From Candidatus Asbonarchaeum danakilense (GTDB taxonomy: Archaea; Nanohalarchaeota; Nanosalinia; Nanosalinales; Nanoanaerosalinaceae): DNA of 53,561 bases. Under the pieces are notes generated by a model. The model searched no databases. It saw only the letters and a program-made list of their open reading frames with translations, and was not told the origin of the DNA. The stretch is taken from positions 46,047-99,607 of the forward strand of contig JAXINV010000003.1 of assembly GCA_034190465.1 (NCBI GenBank). The letters run 5' to 3'. Of this stretch, positions 7,928-16,786 are shown piece by piece. Made by a program: the position numbers and the translations under genes. How positions within the stretch are numbered: position 1 is the stretch's first letter; each line of letters opens with the position of its first letter.

Positions 7928-9013
7928 ATGCCCAGACAAGAAGCCTTCAGCGGCGACATCCAGCACCTCCAGATCCTCGACAAGGACGGCAACGTCGACG
8001 AAGACCTGGAACCAGACCTCAGCGACGACGAACTCAGGGACATGTACTGGTACATGATCCTCGGCCGGATATACGATCAGAAAGCCATCAAAATGCAGCG
8101 ACAGGGACGATTAGGAACATACGCCCCCTGCAAAGGCCAGGAAGCGGCACAGGTCGGATCAGCCTACGCCATGGACGACAGTGACTGGATGTTCCCTGCC
8201 TTCCGCGAGACAGCAGCCTACTTCGTGCGTGATTACCCCCCAGAAAAACTGACACAGTTTTGGCAGGGCGATGAACGCGGCTCCGCGATTGAGGGGCAGG
8301 ACGAGAACTTCATGGTCTCCGTCCCCGTCGGTTCACAGCTTCCACACGCCGTCGGCGCCGCCTGGGCATCCAAGAAGAACGATGACAACATCGCAACCCT
8401 CGTCTACTTCGGCGACGGCGCCACCAGCGAAGGAGACTTCCACGAAGGCATGAACTTCGCAGGAGCCTTCAGCACACCGACAGTCTTCCTCTGCCAGAAC
8501 AACCAGTACGCCATCTCCGTCCCACGTGACGAACAGACCGGGAGCGAGACACTGGCACAGAAAGCACTGGCCTACGGATTCGACGGCATCCAGGTCGACG
8601 GCAACGACGTCCTCGCCATGTGGAAAGCGACGAAAGAGGCGCTCCAGAAGGCCAGAAAGGAGAACGAACCCACCATGATCGAGGCCGTCACCTACCGCCG
8701 CGGCGACCACACAACCGCCGACGACGCAGAGCGGTACCGGGACGAGGAAGAGGTCGAATACTGGCAGGAACGCGACCCCATCGACCGTTTCGAAGCATAC
8801 CTCAAGGAGAAAGACGTAGCGGACGACGACTGGTTCGAAGAACAGAAAGAAAAGGCCAAAGAACAGGTGAACGACGCCATGGAGACGGCCGAGAACGTCG
8901 AAGCGCCCGACATCGAGGACATCTTCACCTACCACTTCAAAGATACGCCACCAGAACTGCAGGACCAGATGCAACATCTCAAGCAGCTCGAACAAGAGCG
9001 TGATGAGGCATGA
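7928..9013 (+). CDS. 2-oxoacid dehydrogenase E1 component alpha subunit (TPP-binding)
   Basis: YFGDGATSEGDFHEGMNFAGAF...CQNNQYAIS is the TPP motif. GAGGGA lies 7 nt upstream of ATG 7928. Confidence 0.85.
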   Translation: MPRQEAFSGDIQHLQILDKDGNVDEDLEPDLSDDELRDMYWYMILGRIYDQKAIKMQRQGRLGTYAPCKGQEAAQVGSAYAMDDSDWMFPAFRETAAYFVRDYPPEKLTQFWQGDERGSAIEGQDENFMVSVPVGSQLPHAVGAAWASKKNDDNIATLVYFGDGATSEGDFHEGMNFAGAFSTPTVFLCQNNQYAISVPRDEQTGSETLAQKALAYGFDGIQVDGNDVLAMWKATKEALQKARKENEPTMIEAVTYRRGDHTTADDAERYRDEEEVEYWQERDPIDRFEAYLKEKDVADDDWFEEQKEKAKEQVNDAMETAENVEAPDIEDIFTYHFKDTPPELQDQMQHLKQLEQERDEA

Positions 9014-9984
9014 GTGAGATGAACATGGTCCAGGCGTTGAACCGCGCCATGCAGGAGGAGATGGAACAGGACGAGGACGTCGTCGTCATGGGCGAGGACG
9101 TCGGCGAGGATGGTGGTGTGTTCCGCGTCACCAAGGGACTGCACGACGAGTTCGGGCCCGACCGGGTCATCGACACCCCGCTCGCCGAATCCGGCATCGT
9201 CGGCACAGCGCTCGGCATGGCGGTCTACGGCATGAAGCCGATCGCCGAGATCCAGTTCATGGGCTTCAGCTACCCCGCGTTCGACCAGGTCATCTCCCAC
9301 GTCTCACGGATCAGAAACCGGTCCCGAGGCGAGTACAACGCACCGATGGTCATCCGTGCCCCGTACGGCGGCGGCATCCACGCACCCGAGCACCATTCCG
9401 AGTCCACCGAGGCGCTGTACGCCCACACGCCCGGCATCAAGGTCGTCATCCCGTCCGGACCGGACGATGCCTACGGCCTGCTCAAATCAGCCATCCGCGA
9501 TCCCGACCCCGTCTGCTTCTGGGAGCCGAAGAAGATCTACCGCGCGTTCAAGGAGGACGTCCCCAACGACGAGCACACCACCCCCATCGGCGAGGCCGAC
9601 GTCAAGCGCGAGGGCAGCGACGTCACCGTCGTCTCCTGGGGCGCGATGCTGCAGGAGGCGCTCGACACCGCGGACAAGCTCGAAGGCGAGATCGACGTCG
9701 AGGTCATCGACCTGCGGACCATCTCCCCCATGGACATGGAGACCATCGAGGAGTCCGTCGACAAGACCGGCCGGTGCGTCGTCGTGCACGAGGCACCGCA
9801 GACCTGCGGCGTCGGGGCAGAGATCTCCGCACGACTGACCGAAGACGACATCCTGCACCTCGAGGCACCGGTCAAACGCGTCACCGGGTTCGACACCATC
9901 TTCCCGATGTACAAGCTGGAAGAGAAGTACCTGCCGGACAGCTTCCGGGTCGAGAAAGCGGTCAGAGAGGTCCACACGTTCTAG
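9010..9984 (+). CDS. 2-oxoacid dehydrogenase E1 component beta subunit
   Basis: MGEDVGEDGGVFRVTKGL..RVIDTPLAESGIVG..IQF is typical of E1 beta. ATGA overlap with the E1 alpha stop (9010-9013). Confidence 0.85.
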   Translation: MSEMNMVQALNRAMQEEMEQDEDVVVMGEDVGEDGGVFRVTKGLHDEFGPDRVIDTPLAESGIVGTALGMAVYGMKPIAEIQFMGFSYPAFDQVISHVSRIRNRSRGEYNAPMVIRAPYGGGIHAPEHHSESTEALYAHTPGIKVVIPSGPDDAYGLLKSAIRDPDPVCFWEPKKIYRAFKEDVPNDEHTTPIGEADVKREGSDVTVVSWGAMLQEALDTADKLEGEIDVEVIDLRTISPMDMETIEESVDKTGRCVVVHEAPQTCGVGAEISARLTEDDILHLEAPVKRVTGFDTIFPMYKLEEKYLPDSFRVEKAVREVHTF

Positions 9985-10304
9985 GACCGCTGACCGTGGC
10001 CCGCCTCAGCGGCGAACGTCTCCCTGTCACCACGGTACACCCGATCGAACAGCGCCTCCTCGTCCTCGATATCGTACTCCAGATGGTTGTCCATCTCCAT
10101 CTGCCCCAGGATCGGGCGCCGCTCCCGGCCCCAGACCTTGACCCACTGCTCATCGCCGTCACGCATAGCCGCATCGTCAAGGTATCCCAGCACCTCGTTG
10201 TACAGCTCCTCGCCCTCCTCCTGACCGTATAGCTCATAGAAGTACTCCTCCAGCTCTTCCCTCCGCCACCAGACCGGGTCCTCGTACAGATCGTCGGCTG
10301 ACAT
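9981..10304 (-). CDS. hypothetical acidic protein (107 aa)
   Basis: MSADDLYEDPVWWRREELEEYFYELYG... TTTAAATA (10335-10342) lies 31-38 nt upstream of ATG 10304. The track start at 10412 would run through that promoter. Confidence 0.5.
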   Translation of the reverse strand: MSADDLYEDPVWWRREELEEYFYELYGQEEGEELYNEVLGYLDDAAMRDGDEQWVKVWGRERRPILGQMEMDNHLEYDIEDEEALFDRVYRGDRETFAAEAGHGQRS

Positions 10305-10411
10305 CGGCAGAATCCAAGCAATGGAGGCGGGATGTTTAAATATGTTTTGTTCTTCGGCGTAGAGAGAACAAACGTTAACCAAAAGCCTTTCTTCATACAA
10401 ATTCGTAAACA

Positions 10412-11494
10412 TCAGAACTCCGTCAGGTCTCGCTGCCCGGCAGCGTCCTCCAGCCCCGCCACCCGGAGCCCGAGTCGCCGAAACGCGGCATCCGTCTCGT
10501 CCAGCAACCGGTCCAGCAGGTCTCTGGCCTCCGACAGCAGGATCTCCCCGTCCTGCACGGCCGTCGTGAGCGACGTGGAACGCGTGTGCATCTGCATCCC
10601 CGTGTCGATCGCCAGCAGCACGACGCGGCCGAACACCACCTCGTGCTCCGCCACCTTCGCCAGCAGGTCGTCCGCGAGACCGTCGAGCTCTGTGGCCAGG
10701 CGCTCCCTGCTCCGGGTATCCTCCCTCAGCGTCGTCAGGCAGGAGAGCTGCTGCCGCTCCCGTTCCTCCACCGGTGCATCGTCAGCACCGCGTGCCGTCG
10801 CGATCAGCTCCAGCCCCCGCTGCTCGCCGAACTCTCTGACCATCCGCTGCCGGTCCGCATCCGCAAGCTCCTCAACCGATGTGATACCCAGCTCCTCCAG
10901 GCGTTCGACCGACTTCTCACCGACACCGTGCAGGTCGTCCAGCTCCAACGACCGCATGAACGCCTCCACCTCATCCGGGGCGACGCTCGTCAGACCGCCC
11001 GGCTTGTCCCGGTCCGACGCCATCTTCGCCACCAGCTTGTTCGGCGCCACACCGATCGAGCAGGAGAGATCGAACCGCTCCATGATTCCCTCCTGCACCT
11101 GTTCCGCAACCCTTACTGCCTCGTCGAACGTCGCTGCCCGCTCAGTAATATCGAGGTACGCCTCATCGATCGACGCCTGCTCGACCGTCGCTGCCGCCTC
11201 TTCGAACACCTCCGCGCGGATATCCGCCGAGACCTGGCGGTAGTACTCCTTGTCCACCGGGACGAAGGCCATCCCCTCGTCGGCGTCCTCCGCCACCCGC
11301 TTCGCCCGCTTAATCGGCATGCCCGCAGCGATGCCGAGTTCCCGTGCACCGTAGCTCGCCGTCGAGACCGCGCCCGCGTCCTCCGACCGGCCGGAATAGA
11401 CACATACCACCACCGGGCCGTCGATCCCGCGGCGCCGCTGCTCCAGCGAGGCGAAGAACGCGTCCATGTCCACATGGAGGATGCGGCGAGGCAT
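10412..11494 (-). CDS. dinB: Y-family DNA polymerase IV (DinB/Dpo4)
   Basis: MPRRILHVDMDAFFASLEQRR, SIDEAYLDIT and the HhH-like LDDLHGVGEKSVERL. Start set at ATG 11494. Confidence 0.85.
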   Translation of the reverse strand: MPRRILHVDMDAFFASLEQRRRGIDGPVVVCVYSGRSEDAGAVSTASYGARELGIAAGMPIKRAKRVAEDADEGMAFVPVDKEYYRQVSADIRAEVFEEAAATVEQASIDEAYLDITERAATFDEAVRVAEQVQEGIMERFDLSCSIGVAPNKLVAKMASDRDKPGGLTSVAPDEVEAFMRSLELDDLHGVGEKSVERLEELGITSVEELADADRQRMVREFGEQRGLELIATARGADDAPVEERERQQLSCLTTLREDTRSRERLATELDGLADDLLAKVAEHEVVFGRVVLLAIDTGMQMHTRSTSLTTAVQDGEILLSEARDLLDRLLDETDAAFRRLGLRVAGLEDAAGQRDLTEF

Positions 11495-11513
11495 GGTCGG
11501 GGCTTGACAGAGG

Positions 11514-11522
11514 ATATTTATA
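11514..11522. promoter_or_regulatory. single central TATA element (ATATTTATA) shared by the divergent pair dinB / DUF2270 gene
   Basis: Lies 20-28 nt from ATG 11494 (minus strand) and 23-31 nt from ATG 11545 (plus strand). The midpoint of the 50-nt spacer coincides with the element. Confidence 0.5.
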
Positions 11523-11544
11523 CAACCAGCGGGCATCCCTCGCC

Positions 11545-12228
11545 ATGGCCGAGGCCCCGACCGACAAGATCGAGCGGTACTACTCCACCGTCCAGCAGCT
11601 CTACAGGGGCGAGATGCAGCGTGCCAACCTGTGGCGGGAGCGGCTGGACACCACGACCAACTGGGCTGTCATCATCACCGCAGGCGTCCTCACCTGGGCG
11701 TTCTCAAGCCCTGCCAACCCGCACATCATCCTGCTGCTCAGCGCCGTGCTCGTCCTGTTCTTCTCCGTCATCGAGGCCCGGCGGTACCGGTTCTTCGACG
11801 TCTGGCGCAGCCGGATCCGGGTCATCGAAGAAAACTTCTTCGCACCCGCCGTCAACGCCGAACATTCCGTCAAGAGCTCCGAGTGGACCCAGGCACTGGC
11901 CGACGACCTCGAACAACCCGGCTTCAAGATCAGCTTCCTCGAGGCCTGGAGCCGCCGCGTCAAGCGCAACTACTTCTGGCTGCTCTCCGTCCTGCTCGGC
12001 GCCTGGATCATCAAAGTCGTCATCCATCCCTCCTTCACCCCCAGCATCGGCGGCTTCGTGCGGTCCGCGGGCAGCTCCGGCATCCCCGGCACCGTCATCG
12101 TCGGCGTGGTCGTCCTGTTCTACGGCCTGCTCGGCGGGCTCGTCGTCAGGGAGGAGCTCCGGTCCCGCGAGGCGAAAGGCAAGATGAGCTCCGAACAGCG
12201 GAAGGACTACGACTGGCAGGACGTCTGA
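11545..12228 (+). CDS. DUF2270-type integral membrane protein
   Basis: YRGEMQRANLWRERLDTTTNWAVIITAG...IEARRYRFFDVWRSRIRVIEENFFAP matches my memory of DUF2270. Appears leaderless from the shared TATA. Confidence 0.6.
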   Translation: MAEAPTDKIERYYSTVQQLYRGEMQRANLWRERLDTTTNWAVIITAGVLTWAFSSPANPHIILLLSAVLVLFFSVIEARRYRFFDVWRSRIRVIEENFFAPAVNAEHSVKSSEWTQALADDLEQPGFKISFLEAWSRRVKRNYFWLLSVLLGAWIIKVVIHPSFTPSIGGFVRSAGSSGIPGTVIVGVVVLFYGLLGGLVVREELRSREAKGKMSSEQRKDYDWQDV

Positions 12229-12269
12229 GGGGAAAACCAATTTAACCGCAGAGGAGAGAGTACCTCCCG

Positions 12270-13037
12270 ATGGCCCACACATTCCACGACCTCAACATCC
12301 AGTCCGCCCTCTCCAGCGGCGACGACCCACCAGAGGAGATCGCAGCGCGGGCTGAGACACTCGAACTCAACCGTATCGCCATCTCCGACTACCTCACCGA
12401 TCATGAACACTACGAAGAGCTCGCATCCAAGATCGACGACATCGAGACCGACGTCGACATTCACACCGGGGTCAAGATCCGGGCCGACGACCCGAAAGAA
12501 CTGAACGACAAGATCAGCGCGTTCCGCGACAGGGTTGATGTCGTCCTCGTGCACGGCGGCGACGTCCCAATCAACAGGGCGGCATGCGAGGACGGAAGGG
12601 TCGATATCCTGGCACATCCCGAGTTCAAGCGGAAGGACTCCGGCATCGACCACGTTCTGGCAAAAAAGGCAGCCAGCAACCGTGTCGCCATCGAGCTCAA
12701 CTTCAAATCCGTCCTCAAGACGTACGGCAAACTGCGGTCCCAGATCATGAACCACATGCAGCGCAACATCCGGCTAGCGGAGAAGTACAACGCCCCAATG
12801 GTCCTCTGTTCCGGGGCACGGCGGGTCGAGGAGATGCGTCATCCGCGTGACATGGCCGGGTTCGCCAACTGCATGGGCCTTGACCTATCAGACGCCTTCG
12901 ACCTCGTCGAGAAACACCCCCGCCAGATCATCCAGCGGGTCGAGGAAGCTCATTCTGACGAACAGGTCCGCCCCGGTGTCGAGGTCGAGGAGACCAGCCA
13001 GACAACGCTCGACGAACAGGGTGAAAGCGATGAGTGA
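12270..13037 (+). CDS. rnp3: RNase P protein component 3 (Rpp30)
   Basis: FHDLNI...VDVVLVHGGD...VDILAHPE...AIELNF...MVLCSGA fits the Rpp30 TIM-barrel pattern. AATTTAAC lies 24-31 nt upstream. Confidence 0.75.
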   Translation: MAHTFHDLNIQSALSSGDDPPEEIAARAETLELNRIAISDYLTDHEHYEELASKIDDIETDVDIHTGVKIRADDPKELNDKISAFRDRVDVVLVHGGDVPINRAACEDGRVDILAHPEFKRKDSGIDHVLAKKAASNRVAIELNFKSVLKTYGKLRSQIMNHMQRNIRLAEKYNAPMVLCSGARRVEEMRHPRDMAGFANCMGLDLSDAFDLVEKHPRQIIQRVEEAHSDEQVRPGVEVEETSQTTLDEQGESDE

Positions 13038-13392
13038 CGGCCTCCAGACCATCCCTGCCGCGCTCCGTCGGAAGGAGCGGTACATCCTGTTCAAGATCGA
13101 AGGCGACCACGACTTCGGTCTCGGCGACGTCGTCGACGCGATGTGGAAGGAACTGATCAGCTTCCTCGGCGAACAGCAGGTCTCCAAGATCGACCCGTGG
13201 ATCATGGGCGACCTGTTCAGCCAGGACAAGCAGGTCGGCGGTATCCGGGTCAACAAGGACTACGTCGAAGAGGCACGGACCGCCATCGCCCTCATCGACA
13301 GGATCGGCGACACCAACATCTGCATCCACGTCCTCGGCGTCTCCGGAACCATCGAATCCGCCCGGGACAAGTATCTCCAGGCGCTCGACTAG
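13030..13392 (+). CDS. rnp2: RNase P protein component 2 (Pop5)
   Basis: LRRKERYILFKIEGD...VLGVSGTIESARDKYL is Pop5-like. 8-nt overlap with rnp3. Confidence 0.7.
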   Translation: MSDGLQTIPAALRRKERYILFKIEGDHDFGLGDVVDAMWKELISFLGEQQVSKIDPWIMGDLFSQDKQVGGIRVNKDYVEEARTAIALIDRIGDTNICIHVLGVSGTIESARDKYLQALD

Positions 13393-13418
13393 ACCATGCC
13401 GGGGAGATAAAAGAGCGA

Positions 13419-13514
13419 TTACACCAGGAACGTCGCGATCTGCATCACCGGCAGCCCGAACTGGAGGATGCTTGCCGGGACCGTCAGCGCGCCGATGAAC
13501 GACGGCACACCCAT
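13419..13514 (-). CDS. candidate 31-aa hydrophobic micro-protein
   Basis: Below the track threshold. Translates MGVPSFIGALTVPASILQFGLPVMQIATFLV*. TTTAAAT (13534-13540) lies 20-26 nt upstream of the ATG, the same geometry as verified minus-strand genes. Sits in an otherwise empty 199-nt gap. Confidence 0.3.
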   Translation of the reverse strand: MGVPSFIGALTVPASILQFGLPVMQIATFLV

Positions 13515-13591
13515 CACAGCGACCTCGGACACGTTTAAATCTGCCGCGCTCCCAAACGATTAAACAGGCACAGAACCCACATCGTGGTAGT

Positions 13592-14665
13592 ATGCTCGCC
13601 GGTCTCAGCTTCCAACTCCAGCTCATCGTCGGCTTCATCGCGATGTTCATCCTCGTCTTCGGCGCGGAGAAAGCCGTCGGCAAGATGGTACGGATTGCAG
13701 CATACTACAACATCCCAGACGTCGTCATCGCCGTCTCCTTCATCTCAATCGGGACCAGCCTCCCCGAGATCGCCTCCCACCTCACCGCATCCATCGGCAT
13801 CCTGACCGGTTCCCTCGACTACGAGATCGCATCTGCAACCGTCCTCGGCGCCAACATCGGCTCCGACGTCGTCCAGCAGACCCTCGTCGTCGGCATCGTC
13901 ATCCTCGGCACCATCGTCATGAACATGCTCCGATCCTCCGAACTGCAGGGCGGCATAACCTCCAACCTGGGGAACACCCTCCAGGTCGCCCGTAACACGC
14001 ACTTCGAGTTCTCAAAGAGCTTCCTCAAAAAGGACTACTTCCCCATGATCGGGACCACCCTCATGTGCATCGTCCTCGGCTGGGACGGCATCTACTCCCG
14101 GATCGACGGCCTCGTCCTCTTCGGCAGCTTCCTCGGCTACATGTACTACATCTACCACACACGCAGTGAACGGCTCGACACCGACACAGAGGAAAGCACC
14201 AACATCGTCCAGGACCTCCTCATCGGGATCGGGGCCATGGCGGCAGTCCTCATCTCAGCCCACGTCGTCCTCTCCGTCGCAGAGACAGTCGTCGCCAGGA
14301 CCGGGCTCGGCGGCTCCCTCATCGGTGTCTCCACCATCGGGATCGTCGCAGCTCTCCCCGAGATGATGACCGCGCTCAGCGGCGTGCGGCACGGGGCCGA
14401 AGGTATCTCCCTTGGCACCTTGATCGGCAGCAACATCACCAACCCCCTGGTCGCCATCGGCGGTGGCGCAATCCTCTCCACCTACTGGGTCCCCCGCCCG
14501 CTCGTCCTCTGGGATCTCCCCATGGAGACAGTGACCGCAGCCATGCTGCTCGCCTACCTGCTGTTCGTCTCCGACAGAAAACTGGGCTGGAAAGGCGGCC
14601 TGTACCTCGTCGGCCTCTACGTCTTCTACATCGTCGTCAGGTTCACCTACTTCGCAGCCGACTGA
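13592..14665 (+). CDS. Na+/Ca2+ exchanger (CaCA, YrbG-like) family membrane protein
   Basis: Two alpha-repeats: GTSLPEIASHLTAS..GANIGSDV and AALPEMMTALSGV..GTLIGSNITN. Confidence 0.8.
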   Translation: MLAGLSFQLQLIVGFIAMFILVFGAEKAVGKMVRIAAYYNIPDVVIAVSFISIGTSLPEIASHLTASIGILTGSLDYEIASATVLGANIGSDVVQQTLVVGIVILGTIVMNMLRSSELQGGITSNLGNTLQVARNTHFEFSKSFLKKDYFPMIGTTLMCIVLGWDGIYSRIDGLVLFGSFLGYMYYIYHTRSERLDTDTEESTNIVQDLLIGIGAMAAVLISAHVVLSVAETVVARTGLGGSLIGVSTIGIVAALPEMMTALSGVRHGAEGISLGTLIGSNITNPLVAIGGGAILSTYWVPRPLVLWDLPMETVTAAMLLAYLLFVSDRKLGWKGGLYLVGLYVFYIVVRFTYFAAD

Positions 14666-14889
14666 TGCTGGCGATCCACACGGAGCCCACGGAGGATCAC
14701 AGCCGCCACACCGACAGCGACGATCACCGCCGCTGCCCGGTTGTCCGTCCGCGGTTCCCGGGGCCCAATCCCTTGCAAAAACTCCGGCCCTGAAACATTA
14801 ATCCGGGGTTCCATGGCAGCACCGAGACTGGGCGCAAAGAGCACGAGAACCAGCACCAGCACCGCCAGGCGCATGACTGTACGGAGCAT
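14647..14889 (-). CDS. small protein with N-terminal signal peptide and C-terminal TM anchor
   Basis: MLRTVMRLAVLVLVLVLFAPSLGAA ... AAAVIVAVGVAAVILRG. Not acidic, and overlaps the CaCA 3' end by 19 nt. Weak. Confidence 0.35.
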   Translation of the reverse strand: MLRTVMRLAVLVLVLVLFAPSLGAAMEPRINVSGPEFLQGIGPREPRTDNRAAAVIVAVGVAAVILRGLRVDRQHQSAAK

Positions 14890-14963
14890 TATGCCTCAAG
14901 GGATATTAAACTCATGGCCCTGACAGCGCCAGCTTTAAGAGAACCGCGCGCCAACACTACCAC

Positions 14964-15563
14964 ATGGCCGGCAACGACGAACAGTACGCCGCCCAGTACA
15001 GCGACGACGAGAAAGTCCAGGGATGGGTCGGCAAGGTCGAAGACATAGCAAAACAGCTCAGCGCAGACTTCGAACCGTTCGACGACGAAGAAGAGCAGAA
15101 ACATATCAAAGGCCCGGGCCTCTACGTCGTCTTCTACAAAGGACACGACATGGATGAGGACGGCATCGCCGAGCCCATGACCGGCGAAGGTAACGTCTGG
15201 CACGACCTCAGCGAAGACGACGACACCACCCGGTACATCCAGGACCCGATCGAGGAACAGTACGACGAATGGGAGGAGGCAGCGTACGACGACGGCGCGA
15301 TCGTCGTCTTCATGAACGGCAAACTCCACCCCTACATGATGAACCTCTACACACCGCCCGAAGACGTGCGGGATGAGGTCAACTACCAGAACAAGGACGG
15401 CGGCACACGACACACCAGCGCAGCCCAGAACTCTGCACGTGACGAGATACTGACAGCCATCACCCTCAGCGAGGAACGAGGTGACGTCACCGTCTTCGAA
15501 GACGGGGAGGCCGAAGAATACGTGCGTGAAGAGTTCGCAGACGACCACGACATCCTCGCATGA
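14964..15563 (+). CDS. minimal diadenylate cyclase (DAC/DisA_N domain) protein
   Basis: GLYVVF...DDGAIVV...GGTRHTSAA...TLSEERGDVTVF parallels the CdaA motifs GALIVI/HDGAVII/GTRHRAA/VVSEETGxIS. CTTTAAGA lies 24-31 nt upstream. Confidence 0.6.
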   Translation: MAGNDEQYAAQYSDDEKVQGWVGKVEDIAKQLSADFEPFDDEEEQKHIKGPGLYVVFYKGHDMDEDGIAEPMTGEGNVWHDLSEDDDTTRYIQDPIEEQYDEWEEAAYDDGAIVVFMNGKLHPYMMNLYTPPEDVRDEVNYQNKDGGTRHTSAAQNSARDEILTAITLSEERGDVTVFEDGEAEEYVREEFADDHDILA

Positions 15564-15643
15564 GGCCGGACAGCGGACGCCGCGCAATTTATAAATATTG
15601 GTCAAGAACATGCTAGCAGTTCTCGAATCATGGTGAACACCTC

Positions 15644-16357
15644 ATGCAGCTAGGCGGAAATGAAAATATGCAGTACGACCGGGCGAAAACGATCTTCAGC
15701 CCAGATGGACGACTGTTTCAGGTCGAGTACGCACGGGAAGCAGTCAAAAAAGGATCAACCTCCCTCGGACTCATCTACGACAACGGCGTCCTCCTCGCCG
15801 CCACGCGGCAGACACCGCAGCTCCAGGCGAGGAACCCGGAGAAGGTCTTCAAGGTCGAAGACCACGCCGCGGTCGCCACATCAGGACTCGTCGCCGACGG
15901 CCGCGTCCTCGTCGACGAGGCGCGTGAACGGGCACAGCAGAACGAGATGACCTACGGCGAGCCCATCCCGACCAACGTCCTCGCCAAGTTCCTCGCGGAC
16001 AGGAAACAGATGTTCACACAGTACGGCGGCGTCCGACCGTTCGGCCTCGCCATGCTGACAGGCGGTGTCAACGACGGCACCCCCGAACTCTACCAGTCCG
16101 ACCCCTCCGGCATCCTCAAAGAATGGCACGCCGTCGCCATCGGACGGGGCGGTGAAGACGCCAAAGAGATCTTCCACGACGAATATGAGGAAAACATGAG
16201 CGAAGACGAAGCCGTCGAACTTGCCGCAAAGACACTTGCACAGGTCGAAGACGCGACCATCGAACTCGAGAACATCGAGATGTGTCTCGTCGACGGCGAC
16301 GACAAGTTCCGGCGGGTCATGCCCGACGACCTGAACGAGCGAGGCATCGAACTCTGA
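15644..16357 (+). CDS. psmA: proteasome subunit alpha
   Basis: YDRAKTIFSPDGRLFQVEYAREAVKKGST. GGTGA lies 7 nt upstream of ATG 15644, and the TATA TTTATAAATA is at 15588-15597. Confidence 0.9.
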   Translation: MQLGGNENMQYDRAKTIFSPDGRLFQVEYAREAVKKGSTSLGLIYDNGVLLAATRQTPQLQARNPEKVFKVEDHAAVATSGLVADGRVLVDEARERAQQNEMTYGEPIPTNVLAKFLADRKQMFTQYGGVRPFGLAMLTGGVNDGTPELYQSDPSGILKEWHAVAIGRGGEDAKEIFHDEYEENMSEDEAVELAAKTLAQVEDATIELENIEMCLVDGDDKFRRVMPDDLNERGIEL

Positions 16358-16363
16358 TCCAGG

Positions 16364-16786
16364 ATGCTGGAGGACCTCAAGCTCTCACATCTCCAGTTCG
16401 CCTTCGTCGTGCTCATCCTGCTGGTGATCGTCGGAGGGATATACTTCTACTCCGACCTCATCAACCGGGCGCAGCGACTGACACGGGAGAACTACGAGTG
16501 TGACAGCGTCGGGTCGCTCCGCACCATCAACCAGAGCATCACCAACAGGAGCCAGGCGCGGCAGTACGTCGCCAGCTACCTGCAGGAACGGAACATCAGC
16601 GTCAGCGCCTCCTCCCTGACAGCGTTCGCACAGGAGGACAGGTACCGTGTCACCGTGCCCGAAGCCCTGTACAACGGAGAGACCTGCACCTGGCGGCGGA
16701 ACGGCACACAGCCGCCACAGTGCCTCGGCAAGTGGTTCGACATCACGAACGGGCGGCTCCTCATGCAGTACGAGGTGCCATGCTGA
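16364..16786 (+). CDS. N-terminally membrane-anchored Cys-containing protein
   Basis: A TM helix (FAFVVLILLVIVGGIYFY) followed by a soluble part with 4 Cys and several NxS/T sites. No family recognised. Confidence 0.5.
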   Translation: MLEDLKLSHLQFAFVVLILLVIVGGIYFYSDLINRAQRLTRENYECDSVGSLRTINQSITNRSQARQYVASYLQERNISVSASSLTAFAQEDRYRVTVPEALYNGETCTWRRNGTQPPQCLGKWFDITNGRLLMQYEVPC

